A stretch of DNA of 63,847 nt, filler included, from Octopus bimaculoides (GCF_001194135.2; 10 parts of 9 records of this genome joined end to end with filler, not necessarily neighbours in it); one strand, 5' to 3'. Positions 48,026-63,125 are shown, counted from the first letter of the whole stretch. A program made the numbers and translations. The notes: generated by a model not told the origin, from the sequence alone.

Positions 48026-51000
48026 NNNNNNNNNNNNNNNNNNNNNNNNNNNNNNNNNNNNNNNNNNNNTTAATTAATTAANNNNNNNNNNNNNNNNNNN
48101 NNNNNNNNNNNNNNNNNNNNNNNNNAAACGGAGGAGGGGGTAATTGAAATTTTGAAAATGCGTCTTCTGAAAACTTTTCCCGAATCGGATCCTCCATAAC
48201 CTAAAACGTAGGATTCCGTAAAAAAAAAAAAATCCATTTTACCGGAAGTTATGACGGAAAAATCGGATCTTCTGAATTTTCCGAAAGTCCCCTCCCCAGG
48301 GTCGTCAGCGCGCATTTTTTTTCTTCATATTCGTTTTCCATACACTCTTTAACACACCACAGGCTGGTTTATTATTTTTTATTGTTCCCGAGTGAAAGTC
48401 ATATTGACCCATTTGCGTAGGCATGCCCAATTTTACTCGAATAAAAAATATCGACTAACTTCTGTTCTATTTAACTATGGAACTGAGCCCACTCGACTTA
48501 CTAAAAATCGCAGCCAAATTCTATCCTCATCTTAAATACGCACAAAATTATAACCCAATTGCGACAGATCACTTTTAAAATAGTCAAACTGGAGTTGCAC
48601 TCAATTCCAAGCTTAATTATGAAGGCCGTCTCGCAAGATGTAACAGCCTAGGGTTGACAAGTTCAAGGTAAGGAGAAAAACTGCGCACGGTATATCCCAG
48701 CATTTACAAAATTACATTTTTTTATAAAATTAGATATATAAATATTCGTGCTCGGCTCTTATCCGTCTATCATCCTATTTCAATCAGCCCAACTAATATT
48801 TCTTTTTGTCTTAGTTTTAAAATTACCCAGAAACTGATTAGAAATTTACAGCTGCTGTAATTGCATTTATTTTGTTATTTAAATACATTTCGATTGCATT
48901 TGAACTGTAAAAGGTTTGTTTCCATTTGTAATTACATTTTCATCCTTATTTCTGAAAATTCAACCATTTCATACATTTCTAACGCAGTCGAAATTAAAAT
49001 GTTCTGCTGTTGTAAGCCCCCACTCAAATCTCATTTAAGGAAAAATTCAATTTTTTTCTTTTTATTTCAATTGATTATTTATTTTGCAGATTCTAAGTCT
49101 GATGTTCAAAAGGAATTGGAATACCCTTTATTAAAAAGTAAACTAATAAATAAAAAAAAACCTAAGATTTAAAAAAAAATCGGAGAAAAGAAACTTAACA
49201 CTAGTGCTCCTTTACAATTTAAGGCTAGCTTTATGGCCTAAAAACAAAAAAGACGAAAAGTAGATAAGAGAAAAGGACTAAAGCGGCCCAACTCACACGC
49301 TGTTCGAAGTTAGCGATCTAGAACTTTCCATCCAGGCAAGTATTGTTGCCGGAGATCAAATTAAAATATTTTACTTTTAAGATAAGTATCTGAGAGCCGC
49401 AAGAACACTTCGATGGAGATGACTGATAATTATATGACCTTCATGCCTTTCTTTAAAAAGATATTGCAATGCAAAATGGGCGGGTTTGAAACCAGGTACT
49501 TGCTCGATAGAAAAGTGATACTTCCGATCTATCGAATTAGTGCGCGGTTCTAAATTAAGAAGTTCTCTGAAACTGAATTCTGCTCGATTTCGACATTATT
49601 TTGATAAGCGATTAAATTTTATAGATCTGGTTTGGTTTCATACATAAAAATTTTAGAAAGCTGAAAGAAATGCATATACAATAAATATTTCACAAATGAG
49701 GAGCAAGGCACAAATGTCACAGCACCCACACTCATCCTCTCATTGTTCATACGAAGAGTGTAAAGGATTAATTTACTAGCCATGATAATTAACTACAGCC
49801 CTTTCCTCCAAAAGCTATGAAAAACTAGCTCCAGCCCTAGAACTAACACAGGATTAAAGGACAGAAACTGTTCCGTATTAATGTAGGAGTGGGAGGTGCC
49901 GCGTATAAACAAAAGATTCAAGACAAAGACTTTAAGGGAAGGAGTGGACATGTGAGAAAAGGGCCAGAGCGAGACACATGGCCCTTCAGTATAGAATCTT
50001 CCGAGGGACGTCATAAAAAGGGATCAGCTCTTTCAGAATAGATTTCGAGTATGGTTAGCTACATAAATACTCGTTGAAAAGACATGAATTCCACAGTTTG
50101 ACATTTCCTCTTATAAAATTATTAAACTTCATGTGAGGAGTTTCCATGTATACAATAAATATAAAGAGAAGCGGTGCAAGAAAAGAAAAGAAAAATGAAC
50201 TATCTTTCCTGCAGAAAAAAAATTGGCTGAGCTGGATTCAATTAATAGCGGCCTTTAAAAAAAAAATTTTTTTTCTTCAAATATGCTCACCCTTTATGAA
50301 AGGGATTCTGAATTCTACAGAGAAATTATATAATACAACGTAAGCGAGCAGGGTTTATATAACTATAAATTTATGTCTTTTTCAATGACGCCTCCGTAAA
50401 ATTATTAAATACAAACAAGCGAGCTTATAGGAAAGTTTTTTTGTTTTTTTAAATAAAAAACGCGTAATTTAACAGCAATATATAAAACATATATACATAA
50501 ATAAAATACAATAACTTAGAGAGAAAAATGGCAAATAGGGAATAATAAAATAGAAGTGAATTTTACCTGAGAGAACGAGGTAAGACGAAGTCTGCAAACA
50601 GTTTGAGTAAGAAAATTTAACCGGCAACGGAGACGTCTCACAGGTTTAACAAATGTGCACTCGGTGCGACACGTGATATATATATATATAGGCAGAAGTG
50701 GGGTTGTTACAAAAGTACTACTGGCTTCACAAACGAAATACGGATATGCTATGACTAAGTATTTTTAAAGCTAAAGAAATTTATTTTACATTTAACTTCT
50801 AACAGAATGAATTACTTTTATTTTTTATTTTTTTATTCATCTTTTTATCTATATTTTTATTCGCTAATTTTTTTCTCTCCTAGCTTTCTACCCTTCCTTA
50901 TTCTTTAGCTTTCCTATTGTATTAAATTTCTTTTACTAATTATTTTTCATTCCTATTCGATCTATATTATTTTCTTTCTATTATTTCTTCTCTAGCTTTC

Positions 51001-52129
51001 TCCATCTTTCTTTCATCTATCTTTGCATTATTTCATTAATTTTATAATTTTTCATTCTTGCATTTCGGTTCGTTTTTTGTTATTCATTGACAGTTTTCAA
51101 AAACATTTTCTCTTTGCTTTTCCTTTCTGTCTTTTGTAGTCCATTTTAATTATTTTCATCTTTTATTTTCGTTCAATCTTGTTCGTGTTTATATTATTTT
51201 TCCTTTCGATTTTTGATTTTATTTGTTTTTGCTTTTTCTTTTTCGAATCCTTTCTTGTTTTTCGTTCATTCTCTTCCCAATCGCTTTGTTGATTCTTTCA
51301 CTTTCAAGTCATTCATTTTCATTCAATATTTCTCGTTTTGTTTTCTCTTTGCTTATTTTTTCAACTATTTTCTTTTTTGTCTTTATTATTTCCTGCTCCT
51401 ATTTTTATTCTTTATCTCTTATATGTAAATGACACTGGTTAATTAATCAACAAGATCAAAATTTCATATTTATTTTTCCATTAATGCATATAGATAATGC
51501 AGATAAAAATGTTCTTTGCTCAAAAATGGTATTAATTACTTGGAATAAAAGAAATGACAACGTGAAAGCAAATTGACAAAAGAGAAAAAATATCTCTAGC
51601 GTCCTCGTAATGTTATGTTTAATGTCGTCAGAATTGCGTGTTTTACATGCTAATTGAGCCTATTTATAATGGGTCGCTATTCACCAGAATAAGCCAAGCT
51701 TTGACGTCTTTGGATGTTAAGGCTTGGCTCATTCAGTTTTATATTCTTAAATGCTTTTTGTCGTCGGGCAAATAGGACACCACGTTTGCGAAGTGATGAA
51801 AGCTATGATATGCTGTTTCGATAGAGATCAATATATCTCCCATACAAATTGACATGTCCGAAAACATTATAATTGCTTCTGATTTATTGATGATTTTTAC
51901 ATCCATTATTCTAGTTACTAAACGATAATCTAAGCGATACATCCTCTTTTATCTTCATCCTTCAAGCAACAATTCAATAATCTCTAAGGTATACTTAGCT
52001 CTCTTGATTCCCAACATTTGATAGTTCCAACAGTTTTATGACAGTTTCTACCTTGATATGTTGATTTTAAACAGTTCTAACTGCAATACTGTCTTCATCT
52101 TGATCAATAGTAACATGATCCATGTCATT

Positions 52130-53425
52130 TCCAACAACATATTTGCAACATTTGTAAGACATCTAGACGGTATGTAAAGGACGCCTCCGTGCATTATACG
52201 GCCCTCAAGGTATCCCTTCCTCTAAGACTACAACCAATCATTTTGGTCCCTGGCTAAAAGAATCTTTTCCAACTTTACAGAATCCTCTTTTTCTCCTATT
52301 CTAAACAATGATGGCTCTATATGCAATAACCCTATGGAGAAAGCTTCCATCTTCGCCGCCTGCTCTTCAACTAACTTTACAATACCAAAACTAAGCCGCT
52401 CCAAATCTAACCCTTTCTACTCTACTAGGCTCCACACCCTGTACACACACGCCAAATATGAAAATACTTCCGGTTGCTTCTAATAAACTAGGCCTCTGGC
52501 TCGGACAGTGTCTCTTTTAGTTCATTCGAGCGCTGTATCGCAGAACTTGCTCTTATACTTACCAAACTATTTAATATCTCACTCTTTACGGAAATATACC
52601 CTGGCATTTGGAAGCACGATTCAGATCAAAGAAAACCAACCCTTATGACCCAGTCAACTGGGTCCTTTTTTGCTCTCATCTCAAATATCTCTAAAAGTAA
52701 TAGTGACAGCCATTAAAGCTGACGTTCTCGCCCCCATCTCTCTCAGTGATCACCAGTACGACTTCTGCAGAGCCAGATCCACTGGCGATCAACTCTCTCA
52801 TGCCATTCACCAGTGGGCTTTTCCTTTAGAGAAGTTCGGTAAAAACAACGATGTTGCCCTAGACATCAACAAAGCCTTCAATTGTATCTGACATTCAAAT
52901 ATCTCCCACTAAAACCTTTCGCCTTCGGTCTCTACCCATCTCTCATCTCTATCTGATCGCACTATCGAAGCATAAATTGACAGGATCTTTCTGCTCCAGT
53001 CTCAATTGATTATCATCTTCCCCAGGTTTTCGTTTTGGCTCTATTCTCTTCCTACTTGTATCTAACAACGCCCATTTTTATGCAGACAACACAACCCCTC
53101 ATTCCTCCCTAACTTACTCTAAACATGCATCATCCAAACACAATGACAAATTGCATTGATTTTTTTAAGTAGACGTCTTGAGAAAACCTTTCAGTAGATC
53201 CCTGCCATCCTTGTATCTTTTAACACAAGGACAAACCTACATTGATTCTTTAAGCGAACGTCTTGAGAAAATCAAGTGACTCCATAACAAAGCACTGCTC
53301 CCACATCTGGCACAATGTTACTACGCACACACCCATCCCTGGGCTGCATCCAGAGAAGGGCTGCTTGACTAATTGAAATTTAATTAATAATGGACACATG
53401 CTGGCGTCTAACTCAGAAACATGCT

Positions 53426-53464
<39 letters not shown>

Positions 53465-53780
53465 GCTACTATAATGGCCTCTGTTCCTATGAGATAGCTG
53501 ATCTCGTACCTCCACCACTCAAGCATCCTCGATCCAGTCGTCATTCTACTCCTCATCACTTCTGGTGCATCCAATCCCATTGGTCTCATACTAACCATTT
53601 CACCCAGTCCTTTCGTCGCAAAACATCAGCCTTCTGGAATCTTCCTGCTCATGTCTTTCTGTAGGTGTTGAACTGCAACAGTTTAAACGGAACATTAACA
53701 GCATCAAGATCTGTCTTGGTGAGGGGGTGCTACAAAGGTCATGGGCAATGCCCCTATCTCTAGATTAAACAAGTAAAAAA
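52130..53780 (+). mobile_element. Degraded CR1/Jockey-group LINE (RT through 3' end)
   Basis: DHQYDFCRARSTGDQLSHAIHQWAFPLEKFGKNNDVALDINKAFNCI, FYADNTT (decayed YADD) and an A-rich 3' end; multiple stops. Confidence 0.85.
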
Positions 53781-55452
53781 TATTTTCATTTACCCTCTGA
53801 ACAGTGGCGGCTCGTGTATTAGCACTGCGGAATTGCAGAACTCCTATTTCCACTCGATATTATCGGTAACATTCAATATAATGAGTCCTTTTTTTAAAAA
53901 ATTCTTTCTTTATACTTGTACATCATATAATCCTTAAGTTTAATGTCAGTAGTCATCTCCCAGTGTATGAAAAAGATACAAAAATCCTTGTATAGAACTG
54001 TGCCCTTCACAGTTCCAGCGATGCGGTGATTAGCTGTTGTGCGCATGCTCATATGTCCGAGGGAGAAAGAGCACTGCGTGAACGACAGTGCCGATCCCGG
54101 TGTTCTGGTGGAAGGTAATGTTTCTTTTTGACTCCGTGTGTATTGTGCTTAAAAACGTGTTTATATTCTTGAATGTGATGAAGTGTAGAATTGAATTATT
54201 ATCCTGCTTCCAGATTCAGTATTGCTGCCAGGATTTGAAAAATAGGACACATTCCCCCTCACCTATTTTGTGATTTAGGGGGGATTTTTTGAAAAACAAG
54301 GGGGAATTCGCGGCGATGTTGAATGAACAAATTAAACACTACCCGGCAGTGGCTAAAACGCGAACCGATCAACTTTATGTATAAATTTTCTTTTTATATG
54401 TTTGTTTCCTTTTACACAATATTAAAGCAATTTTTCTTTATTGCCCACGGAAGGCTAAATATAGAGGGGACAATACGTAAACAAACAGGATGGTACAATG
54501 AAAGTGGAGACACAAAAACGGATGGAAAGATGAATAAAAATAAAATAAAATGAGTAATGAAATGACGCTCAACCTCACGTCCGGGCGCCTTCATTTAACC
54601 TTACATACATACTTTTTTCTTTTTTTTTAAAAAATTTAAACTGTTAAACATTGTAAAATGTGTATATTAAAGTTTTCTTTTAATTTAAATAGACTCACCG
54701 TTGTGGGCATCTTGCTGGTATCTATATTCTTTGCTACGTATTTAACCCATAAGGCGCTGGGATTTGCATTTACATAGAATGGACTGCTGAGCACATTTTA
54801 TGAAAATGAGACTACCATGCACACATAAACACACAAAAATTAGTTTAAATATCTTCTTAGTATATCATAGTGGCAAGTTTTACATCATCTGTAAAGTCAT
54901 TCTGTGGGGTATCGGAGCGTTTGAGTGACATTAAACCCCCAATAAACGCCCATGAATTAAATGCATCTATCTGGGCCCCGATCGTGGCCTGTCGACCTGT
55001 GTCTGACGGCCACGATCGTGGCCCGTTGCGCTTTAAGTGTTAATGTTCTCTTCATATTCCTTTAGTTGCTCCTCATATATAGGATCGACTATAATGTTAC
55101 CCAAATTCCTGGGCACCTCCTCACAAAAATATGTGCTCACATATATTATCTTGTCCCAACAATAAACTTCATTTATAAGTTTGGTATTTGCTTCATCGTA
55201 AAACACGATGTACTTTTTTTCTCTTCTTTCCTTACATAGCAGGGGTTGGGAAATTTAAAGCTCCTGTGTGCATGTGCTCATTTTTCCGTGTCGAGTGGGA
55301 CGGGGAGAGGATTGGTGTCTGCAGGGGAAGGATGAGGCAGAGTGGGCTTGGGNNNNNNNNNNNNNNNNNNNNNNNNNNNNNNNNNNNNNNNNNNNNTTAA
55401 TTAATTAANNNNNNNNNNNNNNNNNNNNNNNNNNNNNNNNNNNNNNNNNNNN

Positions 55453-55501
<49 letters not shown>

Positions 55502-55717
55502 CGTACGGAAGGAAGGCCACATATGTTTGTATATGAATACATACATGTATACTGGCTTATGTTTGTACATATATAGTTACTCACATATGCTTGTGTGCAT
55601 GTTTGTGTATATGTGTGTGTATATGTGTGTGTACATACATATTTCTATGTAGATATGTTAGTCGGAGGCTATCACTCTTGAAGTTTGAATATGTGTACTT
55701 GTGCGTGAATATGTGAA

Positions 55718-55756
<39 letters not shown>

Positions 55757-55858
55757 CTCTGTGTATGTATGTGTGTGTGTGTGTGTGTGCCTCTGTGTGT
55801 GTNNNNNNNNNNTCTGTGTATGTATGTGTGTGTGTGTGTGTGTGCCTCTGTGTGTGTA

Positions 55859-55902
<44 letters not shown>

Positions 55903-56323
55903 GCAGAGAGCGAAAGAGACCAAGAGCGAGAAAGAAAGAGAGAAAGCGTGCGATAGAAAGAGTAATAGAGTAATAGAGAGAATTAGAGGGAAAGAGAGAG
56001 ATACGGGAAAACGACATTGCGTCTTAGATAGTTTTATTCGTTTGCAGTAAAATTGACCAGTTGCCAGTTAGTAAATAGTGGTCATCAACCATCAACCGGT
56101 TGGGGCAATGGTAATGATGATTCGTTAGATGAGAGAGTGGTGGTGATGGTGGCTGTTGTGGGAGAAGGAAATGTTAGCAGGAAAAAGGTCGGAAGAGGTC
56201 AGAACAATGAAGAGTTTGGGTGAGATGGCGGGTAGGCTCAAGTTGAATAAGATGGAATTAAGCAAAGTGACACGGAATGCGTGTTTGAATGTTTGAATGT
56301 TTTCCGCTATGTGTATGTATATA

Positions 56324-56418
<95 letters not shown>

Positions 56419-56669
56419 TTGTGTGTGTGTGTGTGTGCATGTGTGAATGTGTGAAGTGGTTTTAGATTATGATGCAGCATGGTTTAAAGGCTAGACTACG
56501 AATAGGCTGCTTGCCAAGTCTTCCACTCCTGACCGTACGGTCAGCTATCGAGCCAAGAAAACAATCCAAACAAAAAAAAAATAATAAAAAATAAAGTAGC
56601 TATTAAACAAATAAAGAAAATAAGTACTGTAAAACAACAACAAGAACAACACATAATCATAATAGTAAT

Positions 56670-56710
<41 letters not shown>

Positions 56711-57279
56711 TAATAATAATAATAATAATAATACTAAGAACGCCAGTATGGGGATTTACATAAAATCGAATGATTAAAAAAGCTGAAATGTTAGCATACA
56801 TGATATATAAGTTCAGCGAAAGAAATTAAATATATATATACATGCTATGCAGCAGTAAAACAATGTCGATGATGAGACAATCTGATACAGATTGCTTCTG
56901 ATATTGGAGGACCTCTAGGGTTAATCGAAGAACTAATCATCCAAGAACTCCCCGAGTACCAAGAGGGAGTGCTGCCTCTAACTTTCGTTCTCTGACTTAT
57001 AGATTTATATTCTAAATGGTCTCATCCACTCTTGTCATTTACGCTATTCTCAATAAATTCCTTCAAAGATAATACCTAATACTCGGCCCTCAAATTCTTT
57101 TCATGTGGAAGCTGAAAAGTTCAACGAGGCCTCTATTAAAGAAGGAAGTCTCCGTCCTCATAGATTTCAACCACGTCTACCACACGACCCCTCTCGTTTT
57201 AGTCACAAGATAGGGAAAAAACTGTCTTCACTATTCGGATAAAGAAGGGCGGTTTGGCAATCATCACGATGGACACAGT

Positions 57280-59066
57280 TAATATTCTAATAGAAAAATA
57301 ATGGTCTCCGATTTCAGTACCAGGTCAAACATTTTGATGGGTAAGTGGAAAGTCAATTCCATCGATCCAGTTACTATTACTTTATTTTCTTGAACTTGGA
57401 AGATTAAAACGCAGAGTTGATCTGAGTGGAATTTGTTCGCAGAACATAAAGGGACAAAACAAATGTCGTAAGGCATTTTTGCTGGAGTTCTAACGTTTCT
57501 TTCACCACACAAGAAAAAAAAAATAATAAAAAGGGCCGGCAGTCATCCAGCAGAATACGTGGCACACAGACTGTCAACTAAACAGATAACTAATTTTTTT
57601 TCTCTTGCATTTCTTTCCTTCTAAATTCAAATGTAGGGATACATTCGTGTCTTTTGTATGTAAAACGACTGCCTGTTGCAACTCATATTCCATGTCACAA
57701 TATTAATTCTAGATATGCCGAACATTTCTAAGTCTTGTTCAATAAACTAAAACTGCTTCATTGAGGCGTTTTAATAAGATAGGAAAATGGCCATTGATTT
57801 AAGCAGCAGGTTTTTAAAACAAGATCCAACTCTATTTGTAATATTTTTGTTTTCCAAGAATTTCAGTGCGCTGATTTAACAGGAGTTATCTCCCTTGATT
57901 ATGTTTAAGTTTTAAACACTCATAATGGGAGTTTTGCTTACTAATTGCAAGGATACTCTCTGTTAAATAAATATTTTCATCTCATTAAATTATATATGCA
58001 AACCCTACCGTATGTATATACTTAATATACTATGGCTGAGTTGAATGATTCAAACAGAATCGTCATAGTTATTTTGGTCATCATACGTCTTTCATTGTCA
58101 TCATATGTCTTTCATTGTCATCATATGTCTTTCATTGTCATCATCATCCACGTCATCCTCTGTATCGTCGTCGGCGGCAGTGTCATTGTGGCTTGGTCAT
58201 CGATAAAGTCCTTTCTATTAATTTAACCTAATATCGGTTTCAAATTTTTAGGGAAGTGGGTAAGTCGATTGAATCGATCCCAGTAATCAAATATCGATTC
58301 CCAAAAGACGAAAGACAAAGTCGACCTCAGCAGAATTTGAACTTACAATGAATGTAAAGACGGACAAAATGCCGCTAAACATTTTGATCGGCGTGCTAAT
58401 GATTCTGCGAGCTCACTACCTTGTTAATTTATCTAATATCAAGATTAATGTGGCGTTTTATTTCTAATGGCTTCTGGCAAATTATAAAAATCCTCTTCCT
58501 TCTGGTCTTCACACTACTACTACTACTACCACNNNNNNNNNNNNNNNNNNNNNNNNNNNNNNNNNNNNNNNNNNNNNNNNNNNNNNNNNNNNNNNNNNNN
58601 NNNNNNNNNNNNNNNNNNNNNNNNNNNNNNNNNNNNNNNNNNNNNNNNNNNNNNNNNNNNNNNNNNNNNNNNNNNNNNNNNNNNNNNNNNNNNNNNNNNN
58701 NNNNNNNNNNNNNNNNNNNNNNNNNNNNNNNNNNNNNNNNNNNNNNNNNNNNNNNNNNNNNNNNNNNNNNNNNNNNNNNNNNNNNNNNNNNNNNNNNNNN
58801 NNNNNNNNNNNNNNNNNNNNNNNNNNNNNNNNNNNNNNNNNNNNNNNNNNNNNNNNNNNNNNNNNNNNNNNNNNNNNNNNNNNNNNNNNNNNNNNNNNNN
58901 NNNNNNNNNNNNNNNNNNNNNNNNNNNNNNNNNNNNNNNNNNNNNNNNNNNNNNNNNNNNNNNNNNNNNNNNNNNNNNNNNNNNNNNNNNNNNNNNNNNN
59001 NNNNNNNNNNNNNNNNNNNNNNNNNNNNNNNNNNNNNNNNGCTGCCACCACCACTACCACCACCAC

Positions 59067-59102
<36 letters not shown>

Positions 59103-59890
59103 TAAATAACATAATATTATTTTTCTGGAATTTTAAAATTATTCTGCCGTAAGTATGGAGGATGGAAAGCAAAGCTGATGACTGTGAGATCTGATTAAAG
59201 TACGTTAAAAGGTAAAAGAAACGCCGTGGTATGGGCATATTCGAGAAAATAAAGTCAGAAAATGACAAAACATTCCACATTCGAGGACACATCAGTACAC
59301 ACAGACAGAAAGATCTAAGTCAACTGGCTATTATTGTTAAGAAAGGCCAGGAACTATGAGTGGCTCCTAATAGACGTAAAAGTCCAAAGAGATAAAAGAA
59401 ATAGTGGAATTATAGTGAAATTATAAAAATGTGAAAATAGAGATTATCTGAATGACGCTACGGCAAAATTGATCCTAATAATGATATGATCACAAACATG
59501 CAGACAAATACATAAGCAAAACCCCGGGATTGACAAATGTACACCACATATGAGTTTAGGCCTACATATTTAAACATATTTATACATATTTAAAACAAAA
59601 GCAACAAATCAAGGCAAAATATGCACATATTCGAAGCACACAATTCCGCGTTCGGTAATGTAATGAAACCATACAATAAAAAATAGATTAATGAGTAATA
59701 ATTATTTTTACTATTGACTCAGAGCCTGGAAAGCTTGGGAAGGGGAGTTTACTTGACCTTGTTTGATCGACCTCAAAATGATGAAAGATAAAGTCGATTT
59801 CGGTGGCATTTAAGCTTAGAGAGGATCACAGACGGAATGTCGCTAAGCATCTTGTCCTGCATGCTAACAATTCAACCAATTCACTACATT
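57280..59890 (-). mobile_element. Several diverged SINE copies (about 57280-57510, 58230-58430, 59110-59240, 59700-59890)
   Basis: Recurring GATGAAAG..AAAGTCGA..TC.G.GG.ATTTGAAC...GAA and CGCTAAGCAT..TG motifs. Confidence 0.65.
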
Positions 59891-62357
59891 TCTGAAAATA
59901 ATAGTATGAAAATGACATTCAGTAACACGCAAAGCTGTAAAATTAGCTTCAAATTTATTTTATGAGGTGTCACAAGTTTTCATCGAGCATCTGCAAGCTG
60001 GCCACTAGCACAGTTTTACAGTGTAACCGAAGCTATGTCCAACTAAATGGGACATACACCTGAAATAAATTTTAAGTGGTTTTAACAGCTTAGTGTGTTG
60101 TAAATGCTTAGAATGGTTCTTCCAAAGTCTCAGATAAAGTTACTTGCTAGACAGATACAATTAATGAAATGATAAATGAGTCCAGATATAATTATGAAAG
60201 ACTAGAACAAAAACGCCTTCTCAAACAATATTTAGTCAGGAAAGAGGTCGAGAAATTGACAAATTACATGAATCTTGATGCTAAAATAAGCAGGATGCGG
60301 TGCATGAAAGTGGAAACAATACTAAACATAACTGCAGGACAAAGTATGAGATAAAAATTATGAATAAAAATATAAAAATAATTATCAAACTTGCGAAAGC
60401 ATACCTTTCACAGCGACCGAGAAATATCCTGCGTCCTGTGGAAGTCATTCAATTCAATACCGCAACTCAACAAGTAAACTCTGCCCTCAGCAAATACCAA
60501 ATACAATGACCAGTCAATAAAATAAAGACAACTCTCAAAATACCTACTTTACGGAGTCACTACAATGCAATATAACACACCACATACTCTACGCCATCAA
60601 CAATCAGTAACTACAAATAGCATTATATAACCAAAACCTGCCACTGTGGCACGCAACAGCACGCGCATTTCATATTCTACTAAGTTTCCACCCATTAATA
60701 TAACACAACGTACTCATCTCATACACTACACAATCGACATCTGATGCTGACACACATGATACTAAGCACACAGTAAATACGAAACAAAGTCCACCTAACA
60801 AAATAACACAAAGTGAACGTTGCGCATATTCTATTTTACACAATATTGAAACACTAAAATAACATAAAAAACCTAAAGAAACACCACAATAAAGCAAATC
60901 TGATGCAGTATACGAAAACACTATTGTACATCCCCTAAAGACAAAGCTGCGCACACCCCAGGAACATGAAAGTGTACCAAGTGGTGCTATAGATACTTGC
61001 AAAAATCTGTTGAAATCATAAATAATACGAATGATGATACTAATAATATCATTACTAATAATTAAGATAATAATGATAACAAAGGTGAATGATTAAAAAA
61101 CAGCGTTAGAAACAACAATAAATGTATATGCTCAATGAAAATATGCTATAGCTACAAGCGCAGTGTTTTTGTGATTAATCTATAATTCATCTTCTATATA
61201 TGGCTGACCTAAAATTATGTGTACGGCCAATAATAACTAGTTCAGGAGCATGCTTCGAATAGAAACAAGAATTAATACATTGTATGCATACTCCCACTCA
61301 TAGAAAAAGAAAAAAAAAACACATATACAAATAATCAAAATATTAGTTATGTGCCAAAAGCAACATAAATAAATGTAATTCCTAAAAAAGAAAGTGAAAA
61401 AAACCCTCATTACTTATTGATTTACAAATAAGCTTTAGGTTTGCAAAAGTATACAAACATACCGCATACATACATATATGAAAGCAAATGTATGCATATT
61501 TGTCTATTTTTCGTTTGAAATAACATTTTTTGTCATGGTAATTGAAAAGTAATTTCCTACAATTTTTTTTTTTTTGAGGGAAAAGACTATTTTAAGTAAA
61601 GAAATAATATTTTTATAATATAGATTTAATTAATCTTAGTCATAATAATATAATCTTCTACGATATCAATTGATTTTAATTTGCAAAGTTTTGACACATG
61701 TGTAAATATCTTATATATTTCAATCATCAAGTGACATGTTATAGAAACTATAAAATAAGCAGAAGCCTCAAAACAACGAAAGCAAATATTGAAAAAAAAA
61801 AAAAAAAAGACAATAATACTAAGTTTAATAGAAACATAAACAAAATTGATTAAAGTAATTATGAAAATGATATAAGTAAAAGAAATATAGTCCAATCTTT
61901 TCCTATTTCTGCACGAAAATACTTGAAATCAATAGACGTGACATAGAAGAGAATATTTTGGAGCGTTCAAGGGTCCTTCAGATTTGTGAGCAAACATGCA
62001 TGTATAATCAAATTTTGACATATTTTCGTGTAAGTATTTTGTGTGAAGTTGTAGAATATGAATTATAATAGGATTTTAAAAAAAATGTGGAAACTTTTGA
62101 AAACCAGGTGGTAAAGAAAACGAGTAGAATGGAAACTATGAAATTCAAATAAGTACAAATTCAAAAAAAAGTATAGAAGTGTATGAGTGTATAAAAGTAA
62201 TTAAAACATATATATGTATATACGTGTATAAGATATCATGTGTATGTATATATATANNNNNNNNNNNNNNNNNNNNNNNNNNNNNNNNNNNNNNNNNNNN
62301 TTAATTAATTAANNNNNNNNNNNNNNNNNNNNNNNNNNNNNNNNNNNNNNNNNNNNA

Positions 62358-62690
62358 GCACGCATCCTTGCCCTGACAGCACACCCTTCGTGTTTAGCAT
62401 TGAAGTGTTGGTCGAGGCCCAACCTCGCCGCTAAAACGTCGGATGCGATGCCACTTCGCAATGCCTCTTCTAACTTTATCACTAGCTCCCCCTCTTCTCT
62501 GTTCCTCTCTACAGCTAGTGCCCTGCTATACCTTATTGCTTCCGCCCTTACTGCTCTCTTGAGGGAAAACCACCATTTGTTGTTGACGATGGCTCCCGTC
62601 AAAGCCCTCTTTACTAACGTGCTAATCCGGTCTCTGAAAACCTGTCTCGACGGGAAAGACGCGTTTAGTTTCCAGTAACCGGGACCCTGC
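62358..62690 (-). mobile_element. Tx1/L1-clade LINE ORF2 fragment (APE-RT linker)
   Basis: GYWKLNASFPSRQVFRDRISTLVKRALTGAIVNNKWWFSLKRAVRAEAIRYSRALAVER...GCAVRARMRA. Confidence 0.8.
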
Positions 62691-62699
62691 CTATGTTAA

Positions 62700-63125
62700 A
62701 GATAGATCCATAGATAGATAGATCCATAGATAGATAAATCCATAGATAGATAGATCCATAGATAGATAGATAGATAGATAGATCCATAGATAGATAGATA
62801 GGTAGATAGATAGATCCATAGATAGACAGATCCATAGATAGATAGGTAGATAGATAGATCCATAGATAATTTTCTTTATTGGCCACACAGGGCTGAACAC
62901 AGAGGGGACAAATACAAATGTAGAGTTTTTCTTTTCGAAAATGAAAAAGAAAAAGGGAAAAAATGAGACAAAAAAAAAGTAAAATTCTGATCAAAAGGGA
63001 TCGGGAAAAAAAAGATTCATAGATAGATAGATAGATAGATCCACAGATAAATGAATAGATAGATCCATAGATAGATAGACAGATAGATCCATAGATAGAT
63101 AGATCCATAGACAGGTAAAGATATA
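62700..63125. repeat. (CCATAGATAGATAGAT)-type GATA-variant minisatellite
   Basis: Direct reading; two tracts separated by about 140 bp of other sequence. Confidence 0.9.

Noticed and set aside
60169-61002. Short ORFs in an A/C-rich stretch
   Set aside because: Multiple stops in every frame and no recognisable motif. Possibly a decayed retroelement, but it could not be assigned.
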